Shown: piece after piece, positions 49,411 to 57,094 of the stretch | Layout of the letters: every line of letters starts with the position of its first letter | How positions within the stretch are numbered: position 1 is the first letter of the stretch | NCBI GenBank assembly: GCA_963798845.1 | Contig: CAWCUS010000006.1 | Span: forward strand, 1,248,001-1,312,000 | Length of the DNA: 64,000 nucleotides | DNA from: an uncultured Gemmatimonadales bacterium | GTDB lineage: Bacteria; Gemmatimonadota; Gemmatimonadetes; Longimicrobiales; RSA9 | Reading direction: 5' to 3' | Program-made: the position numbers and the translations under genes | The notes under the pieces: model-generated | What the model was told of the DNA's origin: nothing | Databases searched by the model: none | Seen by the model: only the letters and a program-made list of their open reading frames with translations

Positions 49411-49584
49411 CGGACCTGGTACCACAATCCACATTCTCGCGTGCAGACGGCTGGACGACCGGTCCGCCGACGGCGGCGATGATGCCCACTGCCGCATATG
49501 GACCGCGTTCCTGGCCGATTTCATGGCGCGTCGGGCCACCCGCATGTCTCGTTCGGACGAATGTGGATTGTGGTACCAGGTCCG
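49411..49584. repeat. Perfect 26-bp inverted repeat enclosing 122 bp (MITE-like or invertible segment)
   Basis: CGGACCTGGTACCACAATCCACATTC (49411-49436) is the exact reverse complement of 49559-49584. Confidence 0.9.
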
Positions 49585-49591
49585 CAACGAA

Positions 49592-51245
49592 TTACACCAC
49601 GTCACCCGTCCGCCCCGCCACGGCTGCCTGGATCTCCGTCATCTTCGTCTCGCCTCGGCGCATCAGTACGCCCGCGCGCTCCGCCATCTCCTTCCGGAAT
49701 GCCTCGTCCTTGATGTCGCCGGCGTTGATCAGGACGTTGCGGTGCGCGCCGTAGAGACACGCCTCCAGCGCCTTGGCGCCCACTTCCAGGTCGGAGCGGG
49801 ACGAGTACTGGCCGATCCTGGCCAGCTCGAGCATCGGGTCCCACGCGCGGTCCACCAGCTCCATGGTGTGGAACGGGACCAGCGTCGCCTTCTTCAGCCC
49901 CTCCTGCATGGCGTCACGCCGCTTCGCCTTCTGCTGGTCCGTCTCCTTCGGCATCTCGAAGTGCGGCCATGAAGTCGCCGAACGCGTCGGTGTCTGCGTC
50001 GATCATGCGGAGCAGCTCCTCCTGGAGCTCGACGAGTGGTGGCAGGTGCTCGCGCACGGCCGAGTCCAGCTTCTCGTACTTGCGACGTCCGTACGTCAGC
50101 CACCCGACCATGGCCCCCAGCGCGGCCCCGAGCGCGCCCATGAGCGCGGCCACCGAGCCGCCGCCCGGCGCGGAGCTGCGCGCGCCCACGGCCTCCACGA
50201 AGCCGCGGACTGTCTTGCGGATGAGCGGGCCGTCCTCCTCGCCCTCGATCATGTACTCGATGATCTTCTCGTCCGGGTCGAACGGGCGCACGGAGCTGAG
50301 TCCGAGGCGGTCGATGGCGAGGCGGAGCTTCTGGCGCTCGCCGAGCACGAATAGGTTCTCCTTCTCCATGTAATGCTCGGCCGCCATGAGGATCGCCTCC
50401 AGCGGGACGAGCCCCACCACCTCGCTCCCGGCGATCCCCACGTCCAGCCCGGCCGCATCCCGCTTGATGGCCTCGAACACCTCGTGCATCGGGGTGACCC
50501 GGTAGTTGTCGAGGTTCATCGACACCTGGGCGATCCCGAACTCCTCCAGCTCCCAGCCGATGGCCTTCACTTTCTCGAAATAGCCCGGCTGCCGCACCGG
50601 CTCGCCGTCCGGGCCCTTCACGGTCCGTCCCTGCTCCCGGACGTTCAGAGCGAGGCGGTGCGCCTGGTTGCGGGTGCCCAGCACGTTCACGTTGTACGCG
50701 ATCAGGAAGAAGCGCGCGCCGGTCACCGTGGCGCCCGACTTCTCCACGAACTCTGGCGGGCCGAAGTCCGGCTCCCACTCCGGGGCGACGACCCGCTCGG
50801 CCAGCCCCTCGTACTCCCCGTGACGGATCTGCGCCAGCGCTTTCCTATGCTCCTTCGGCTGCGCTTCCTCGTAGAGGTAAACCGGCACGCCCAGCTCTTC
50901 GCCCACTCGCTTTCCGAAGCGCTTCGACAGCTCGACGCACTCCTCCATCGTCACTTCGGACACCGGGATGAACGGGACCACGTCCACCGCACCCATGCGC
51001 GGGTGCTCGCCCTTCTGCTTCCGCATGTCTATGAGGCGGTACGCCGTCCTCGCCGCCTCGAACGCCGCCTCCACAACCGCGTCCGGTTCCCCCACGATGG
51101 TCATCACGGTCCGGTTCGTGGACTCGCCGGGGTCCACGTCCAGCAGCGTGGCGCCCTCCACGGCGCGGATGCTGTCGGCTATGGCGTCGATGACCTCCTG
51201 GTCACGACCCTCGGAAAAGTTCGGAACACATTCGACTAGACGCAT
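49592..51245 (-). CDS. ftcD: Bifunctional glutamate formimidoyltransferase-cyclodeaminase; +1 frameshift near 49955
   Basis: ECVPNFSEG, GEHPRMGAVDVVPF, GARFFLIAYN, APGGGSVAA and IDADTDAF; continues in the next frame as MPKET..SDLEVG..NVLIN. Confidence 0.92.
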
Positions 51246-51420
51246 CGGATCCTATGGCTCGGTTCAGGTTGTGCCGCCCCGTCGAAACGGGGCCGCGCGG
51301 TCGCGCCGGCCGGCCCCGGTCTTTCTGCCGGCAACGCGTCGGATGTAGCGGAGGTGCCGGTGGGGTGCAAGCGGCGGCAGGCGGCAGGTGGCGGGCCGGA
51401 GGGCGGCAGGTGGAGGTCGG

Positions 51421-51506
51421 CGGGTGGCGGGTGGCGGGTGGCGGGTGGCGGGTGGCGGGCGGCGCGGGCAGCGGGCGCCAGGCGGCGGGTGGCGGGTGGC
51501 GGGTGG
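51421..51506. repeat. Heptamer microsatellite (CGGGTGG)n in two tracts, with G-quadruplex potential
   Basis: 5 copies at 51421-51455 and 3 copies at 51486-51506. Confidence 0.85.
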
Positions 51507-51692
51507 CGGCGGCGTGGGAGGCGGGCGCCGTCATTCGTACAATGGACCAACGGGTGGAGGGGGTTGAACGACGGACGGGGGATATTGGCGTGGATCGTTC
51601 AATGGGTGGAGTCAGAAGCGTTCATTGAACGTTCTCCGGCAGATATCGACGTGGACCGTACCAGGCACATCCGAAAGGCATTCATTGTTCAG

Positions 51693-51783
51693 GCGACGTC
51701 AGCGAGCACCTCGCCCGCGACGTCAGCGAGCGCATCGCCAAACGACGTCAGCGAATGCTTCGCCAACGACGTCATCGGCGCTC
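51693..51783. repeat. ~24-bp degenerate tandem repeat x4, each with a GACGTC palindrome
   Basis: RCGACGTCAGCGA..TCGCC units starting at 51693, 51717, 51742 and 51766. Confidence 0.8.
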
Positions 51784-51984
51784 TTTCCGCCTCGGGCGGG
51801 GCAGCTCGCGCCAGTGGCGGCCGTAGAGCCACTCGTCGAGCCGGTACAGGGGGCGGGCGAGGAAGGGGGCGCGCTTGAGGAGCAGGCGAACCGTCCCGGT
51901 GACGCGCGCCATGCGCGCGAACATGGTGTCGCGCTCGTCCACGCGCTCCAGGCTGGCACTGGCCCCGCGGCCCCTGGGATGCAT
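51772..51984 (-). pseudogene. Possible internally deleted remnant of a reductive-dehalogenase-like / Fe-S protein gene
   Basis: The 70-aa ORF joins ERVDERDTMFARM directly to VRLLLKRAPFLARPLYRLDEWLYGR, recalled as N- and C-terminal motifs of RdhA-like proteins; no Cys clusters remain. Confidence 0.35.
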
Positions 51985-52078
51985 GCCGAACAATGGCCGC
52001 CGGCGCATGCCGGCACCAGGGGCTCCGGCACTCCGGCCACGTGGCTCTTGAGTGGAAGCGGCCCGGTGGCCTATCGTT

Positions 52079-52227
52079 CCGACGGCGCGGCTGCCAGGCA
52101 CCCCGTCCGACGGCGCGGCTGCAAGGCGAGGTCCGTCCGCGGCGCGGCTGCCGGGCCAGGTCCGTCCGCGGCGCGGCTGCCGGGCGAGGTCCGTCCGCGG
52201 CGCAGCTGCCGGACAACGCCTGTCCGC
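52079..52227. repeat. ~29-bp tandem repeat x5
   Basis: CCG(A)CGGCGCGGCTGCCGGGCGAGGTCCGT consensus, without spacers. Confidence 0.85.
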
Positions 52228-52302
52228 GACCCGCGGCCACGGTGGCCGCCCGTGCCCGACGCTCCCGACCGCGGGACGCCGATCCTCCATCGGAGACCTG
52301 CC

Positions 52303-53490
52303 ATGGAACGTCGCTTCTTCCTCCGCACGGGGCTCGCGGCCACGGCCGCTGCGACGCTGGGCGTTCGCCCCGCATCCGCGCTCGCGAACGCACTCGGGAT
52401 GTCACCGGAGCCGGTCCGTGGCGGGTGGCCCGGCGGGGCCGGCACGGCCACGCTCCGCCCGCTCCAGGCCGGCCCGCTGCGTTTGAACTCCAATGAGAAC
52501 GCGCTCGGACCGTCGGAATCTGCGAGGCGGGCGATGGTGGCCGCGCTCGGGATATCGAACCGCTACACCCACCCGGTGGTCGCGGAGTTCCGCCCGAAGC
52601 TGGCGGCGTACCACGGCGTGCCGGAGGACGCGCTGGTCCTGGGCAACGGGTCGACGGAAGTGCTCCAGATGGCGGTGCAGGCGCTGGCGCCAGATGGCCG
52701 CATCATCGTGGCCGATCCGACGTTCGAGCACGTTGCCGATTACGCCGAGCCGTTCGGGTTGGAGGTAGTGAAGGTCCCGTTGACGGCGGAGCACGCCCAC
52801 GACCTGGAGCGGATGCGAGCCGCGGCCCTGGGCGCGGCCCGGCTCGGCCGCCGGTCCCTGGTCTACATCTGCAACCCGAACAACCCGACCGGGAGCCTCA
52901 CGCCCGGGGTGGACGTGGAGGCGTGGATCCGGGAGGCTGGCGGCGACGTCGTCTTCCTGGTCGACGAGGCGTACTCCGACTACGTGGACGACGCGTCGTA
53001 CCGGACGTCGATCCCGCTCGCGCTGTCCCGGCCGAACGTGGTGGTGGCCAGGACGTTCTCGAAGGTGCATGGCCTGGCCGGACTTCGCCTCGGCTACGGC
53101 ATCGCGCACACCGACACGGCGAAGCGGATCCGGGCGTTCAGCGCCAGCAGCAACCTGAACGTCATGGCGCTGAGCGCGGCCGCGGCGTCGCTGGCCGACA
53201 CGGCCTGGATCGAGCGGTCGCTGGCTTCGAACCGGGAGGCGGCGCGCATCACCTGCGCAGCGCTCGATGAGCTGGGGCTCGAGCGGATCCCGAGCCAGGG
53301 CAACTTCGTCATGCACCGCGTCCCCGGCGGCCAGGACGACTACATCCGGCGCATGCGCGAGCGCGACGTGTGGGTCGGGCGTCCCTTCCCGCCCATGCTC
53401 GGCTTCAACCGCCTGTCCTTCGGGCTGCCGGCGGAGATGGAGCGGTGGGCGGAGGTCCTGCGGGAATTCCGGCGCCAGGCCTGGGTCTGA
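52303..53490 (+). CDS. Tat-exported PLP aminotransferase class I/II (HisC-like)
   Basis: MERRFFLRTG Tat signal; LNSNEN, GNGSTEVL, CNPNNPTG, VDEAY and RTFSKVHGLAGLRLGY. Confidence 0.9.
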   Translation: MERRFFLRTGLAATAAATLGVRPASALANALGMSPEPVRGGWPGGAGTATLRPLQAGPLRLNSNENALGPSESARRAMVAALGISNRYTHPVVAEFRPKLAAYHGVPEDALVLGNGSTEVLQMAVQALAPDGRIIVADPTFEHVADYAEPFGLEVVKVPLTAEHAHDLERMRAAALGAARLGRRSLVYICNPNNPTGSLTPGVDVEAWIREAGGDVVFLVDEAYSDYVDDASYRTSIPLALSRPNVVVARTFSKVHGLAGLRLGYGIAHTDTAKRIRAFSASSNLNVMALSAAAASLADTAWIERSLASNREAARITCAALDELGLERIPSQGNFVMHRVPGGQDDYIRRMRERDVWVGRPFPPMLGFNRLSFGLPAEMERWAEVLREFRRQAWV

Positions 53491-53502
53491 GCCGGACCTC
53501 GC

Positions 53503-53874
53503 TCAGTCCTCGCGCTCGCTCTCCGGCTCCGTGGCGGGCGGGAAGGCTCGCGATTCATCCTCATCGATGTCGATGAAGCCATCGCGGATCAGGAGGTCCT
53601 CGATCGCCGCAAGCGCCATGTCGCGGCGGTCGGGCGAGCGGTCGCCCGGACGGTCCCCCACGCTCCCCATCCGGTCCCCGGCGGCGCCCAGGGCATCGGC
53701 CGGGTCTTCGGACGCGGTGCGCACCGTGTCGTCGATCTCGACGACATTGCGCAGCACGTGCTCGCGCGCTTCCCTGCGACGCTCCTCCGGCCAGTCGCCC
53801 CCGCCCGTGGGCTCGTAGGCATCGAGAACCTCGTCGATGTCGGCCTCCTGGATCTCGTACGGCACCGGCTCCAT
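53503..53874 (-). CDS. Acidic hypothetical protein
   Basis: 123-aa ORF with GGAGGG RBS and host-like codon usage; no recognised motif. Confidence 0.65.
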   Translation of the reverse strand: MEPVPYEIQEADIDEVLDAYEPTGGGDWPEERRREAREHVLRNVVEIDDTVRTASEDPADALGAAGDRMGSVGDRPGDRSPDRRDMALAAIEDLLIRDGFIDIDEDESRAFPPATEPESERED

Positions 53875-53964
53875 GGATCCCTCCGCACTTCAGGTCACTT
53901 GTTCCCCACGTCCGTGGAGAAATGCGAGGACTGTGCCGGGCGGACGGGGAGGTGCCGAACGCAG

Positions 53965-53999
53965 AACGGCCGCCCCGGGACGAACCCGGGGCGGCCGTT
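53965..53999 (-). terminator. Hairpin downstream of the cold-shock gene
   Basis: Perfect 15-bp stem AACGGCCGCCCCGGG/CCCGGGGCGGCCGTT with a 5-nt loop. Confidence 0.75.
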
Positions 54000-54019
54000 G
54001 TTGCGATCGCCTGATGAGG

Positions 54020-54226
54020 TCAGATCGGTACGACGTTCTCGGCCGCCGGGCCCTTCTGGCCCTGCACGACGTCGAACTCCACCTGCTGCCCCTCGGCCAG
54101 GGACTTGAAGCCCTGGGCCTGGATTGCGCTGTGGTGGACGAAGCAGTCCTTGCCGCCGTTCTCCGGCGTGATGAAGCCGAAGCCCTTGTCGTCGTTGAAC
54201 CACTTCACGGTGCCTTTGGTACGCAT
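54020..54226 (-). CDS. cspA: Cold-shock protein (CspA family)
   Basis: [14 protein letters not shown] (RNP1), FVHHSAI (RNP2) and KGPAAENV. Exact paralogue unknown. Confidence 0.95.
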   Translation of the reverse strand: MRTKGTVKWFNDDKGFGFITPENGGKDCFVHHSAIQAQGFKSLAEGQQVEFDVVQGQKGPAAENVVPI

Positions 54227-54385
54227 TAACCGTACTCCCTGTGTGTTCCGGTGCCCTCGGGGGTATCGGTATTTCCGTACCTCACGAACTCACCTTACTC
54301 TGGCGGGATACAAAAAGGCCCGGGCGGTAGAGCCCAGGTCCTGTTTACCTGCTCCGGACTCGTGCCGGAGTTCTCGCCAGCGAAC

Positions 54386-54414
54386 AATCTCGCGCAACAG
54401 GCGGCGCGCGTCAA
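54386..54414 (-). promoter_or_regulatory. Candidate sigma70 promoter of csp, implying a ~150-nt leader
   Basis: Minus strand TTGACG-N17-GAGATT. Confidence 0.55.
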
Positions 54415-54435
54415 GGGGCGGGTCCAGATCCGCTC

Positions 54436-55905
54436 CTACGCCTTCCGGATGCCGAACCCTGTGAACCGGTACGTGGCCGCGATCGTGAGGGAGAAGATGG
54501 GGCCGCCGTAGCAGAAGACGGCCCACGGGAGGTAGTGGACCGTGGGCACGCCGAGGGTCGTCGCCATGAAGACGGCGGAGACGGTCCAGGGCATGATCGG
54601 CTCGGTGAGGGTGACGGAGTCCTCGAGGGAGCGCGAGAGATTGACGTGGGCCAGGCCCCGGTCGTCATAGGCTTTCTGGAAGAGGCCGCCCACCACCAGC
54701 GCCGTCACACCGCCGTGGCTGGTGAGGGCGATCATGGTGGCGCCCGCGGCCATGGTGGACGCGATCAGGCCGAACACGCCGCGCACCGCGCCGAGCATGG
54801 CGTCGATCAGCCGCTCCAGCGCGCCGTAGCTCTCCATGGCGCCCGCGAGCAGGAACGCCGCGAAGACGATGACCAGCGTCGTGGCCATGCTGAACAACCC
54901 GCCCCGGTCCACGAGCGTGGCGACCCGGGGATCGAGCGCGGCCGCGGACCGCTCCAGCATGTCGGGGTGGACCCCCGAGACGGCGGCGGCCAGGGCGTCG
55001 CCCACGGTGAAGTGCTGGAGTCCGATCGCGAGCGCCACCGCCACCACGGACGACGCGGCGATCGCCAGCGCGGGCGGAGTCCGTCGCACGATCCCCCAGA
55101 GGACGACGGCGGGCGGGAGCAGCACCCAGGGGCTGAGCCGGAACAGCCGTTCCAGCTGCGCCAGGAACGCGTCGGCTTCCGGCGGCGGGGCCCCGGCCGA
55201 GCCGCCGGCGAGCGTGAACACCACGAGGCACGCGATGAAGGAGGGCGTGGCCGTGTACATCATGTGCCGGATGTGGCCGAACAGCGGCGCATCCGCGCCG
55301 ATGGCGGCGATGTTCGTCATGTCCGAGAGCGGCGACATCTTGTCGCCCAGGTACGCGCCCGAGACCACCGCCCCGGCCGTGGCGGCAACCGGCGCCCCCA
55401 GTGCCGCGGCGGTCCCCATGAGCGCGACGCCGATGGTCCCCGCCGATCCCCAGGAAGTGCCCGTGAACAGGGACATCACGGCCGTGGCCAGGAACGCGGT
55501 CAGGATCAGGTAGCGCGGGCTGATCAGCCGCACGCCCCAGTAGACCATGTACGGGATCGTCCCGGCCAGCATCCAGGTCGCGATGAGCAGCCCGATGGCC
55601 AGCAGGATCAGGAGCGCCGGGAGCACCTCGGCGATCTTCCGCCCGGTCGCCGCCTGTATCGCGTCCCACCCCACGCCGTAGCGCCTGGCGACGGCCCCCG
55701 CCACCGTCGTCGCGCCCAGCAGCACAACCACCAGCAGCTCGCCGCGGAAGCCGGGGCCGAAGGCCACGGCCGCGAACAGGGCCAGCATCGCCACGATCGG
55801 GAGCGTGGCCTCGAAGAGCGTGGGGACCGGAACGGCCCGGCCCTCGGGCGTCGTGCCGGCGGCGGTGCTCGGATGCGAATTCGAGCTCGGACTCGAGCCC
55901 GTCAC
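54436..55905 (-). CDS. nhaC: NhaC-family Na+/H+ antiporter or amino-acid transporter
   Basis: GTSWGSAGTIG, SGAYLGDKMSPLSD and LSRSLEDSVT..PW motifs; overlaps the upstream stop. Confidence 0.88.
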   Translation of the reverse strand: MTGSSPSSNSHPSTAAGTTPEGRAVPVPTLFEATLPIVAMLALFAAVAFGPGFRGELLVVVLLGATTVAGAVARRYGVGWDAIQAATGRKIAEVLPALLILLAIGLLIATWMLAGTIPYMVYWGVRLISPRYLILTAFLATAVMSLFTGTSWGSAGTIGVALMGTAAALGAPVAATAGAVVSGAYLGDKMSPLSDMTNIAAIGADAPLFGHIRHMMYTATPSFIACLVVFTLAGGSAGAPPPEADAFLAQLERLFRLSPWVLLPPAVVLWGIVRRTPPALAIAASSVVAVALAIGLQHFTVGDALAAAVSGVHPDMLERSAAALDPRVATLVDRGGLFSMATTLVIVFAAFLLAGAMESYGALERLIDAMLGAVRGVFGLIASTMAAGATMIALTSHGGVTALVVGGLFQKAYDDRGLAHVNLSRSLEDSVTLTEPIMPWTVSAVFMATTLGVPTVHYLPWAVFCYGGPIFSLTIAATYRFTGFGIRKA

Positions 55906-57092
55906 GCCACCGCCTCGAGCGCCCGCGACAGGTCCCGAATCAGCACGCCCGCCCCCTCCAGGCCGACCGACAGCCGGATCAGCCCGCGCGGCAGGCCCGC
56001 CGCCTCGAGCGCGCTGCCGTCGTCGCCACGCTCGGGGGAGATGGCGAGGCTCTCGGTGCCGCCCCAGCTCACGGCCAGCCGGATGACTTCCAGGGCGTCC
56101 AGCACCGCACGGACGCCGGCATGGCTGCCGTTCCGCAGCTCGAAGCTGAACAGGCTCGCGAATCCGGTGAGGCCGGCATCGCGGGGGTCAATGGCGTCGT
56201 CGAAGGCGGGGTGGTGGACGGCTCTCACGGCCGGGTGGCCGCGGAGAAACCCGGCCACCGCGAGGCCGTCGTCGTGGTGCTGGCGCATGCGCGTGGGCAG
56301 CGTCTTCAAGCCGCGCAGCAGCAGCCACGCGTCGAACGGGGCGAGGATGCCGCCGTTGAGCATGGTCGCGCGCTCGAAGATCTGCTCCATCCGGCCGTCG
56401 TCGGCGATGACGGCCCCGGCCATGAGGTCGCTGTGTCCGCCCAGGTACTTTGACGCGCTGTGGACGACCACGTCGACGCCCAGATCGAGCGGCTTCATGA
56501 ACAGCGGCGTGGCCCAGGAGTTGTCGAGGGCGGTGGTGATGCCGCGATCGCGGCAGAGGGCGGCGATGCCGGGCACGTCGGCCAGGCGGAACAACATGGT
56601 GCCCGGGCTTTCCAGCCAGACCAGCCGGGTCTCCGCCCGGAGCGCCGCTTCCACCGGGTCCACCCGTCCGTCCAGCACCACGTCGTGCGCGATGCCGAAG
56701 CGGCTCAGGTGGGCGGCCAGCTGGAGCGTCGGGCCGTACGTGTGGTTGACGAACAGCACGTGGTCCCCGGCCTCCAGCAGGCCCAGGAGCACGGCGCTCA
56801 CCGCCGCCATGCCCGAGGCGTAGCACGTGCACGCCTCGCCCCGCTCCAGTGCAGCCAGCTTCCGCTCCAGCGCGTTCACCGTTGGGTTGCGCCCGCGGGA
56901 ATAGACGGTCGTGCCGCGCTCGTCCGCCAGCCCGGCCACGAGCGCGTCGAAGGCGGGAAACGCGAACGTCGCGGACTGCACGATGGGGAAGGCCATGGGC
57001 GCCGAGTGCTCTGGCGCGCGCGCCCCGGGGGCGCTCGGCTCGTCCGGGGCGAGACAGACGGCGACGTCGCGGGGGTCGATGTCCACGGGCAC
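55902..57092 (-). CDS. PLP-dependent trans-sulfuration enzyme (cystathionine gamma-synthase/lyase, methionine gamma-lyase family)
   Basis: PIVQSATF, YSRGRNPT, SGMAA, LESP, DNSWATP, HSASKYLGGHSD, VSWGGTESL and IRLSVGLE. Confidence 0.92.
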   Translation of the reverse strand: MPVDIDPRDVAVCLAPDEPSAPGARAPEHSAPMAFPIVQSATFAFPAFDALVAGLADERGTTVYSRGRNPTVNALERKLAALERGEACTCYASGMAAVSAVLLGLLEAGDHVLFVNHTYGPTLQLAAHLSRFGIAHDVVLDGRVDPVEAALRAETRLVWLESPGTMLFRLADVPGIAALCRDRGITTALDNSWATPLFMKPLDLGVDVVVHSASKYLGGHSDLMAGAVIADDGRMEQIFERATMLNGGILAPFDAWLLLRGLKTLPTRMRQHHDDGLAVAGFLRGHPAVRAVHHPAFDDAIDPRDAGLTGFASLFSFELRNGSHAGVRAVLDALEVIRLAVSWGGTESLAISPERGDDGSALEAAGLPRGLIRLSVGLEGAGVLIRDLSRALEAVA

Positions 57093-57094
57093 GG

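Noticed and set aside
52284..52298. TCCTCCATCGGAGAC as a fifth copy of the TCTCCANNTGGAGA palindrome
   Set aside because: One base short, unpaired, and explained by the GGAG RBS of the aminotransferase.
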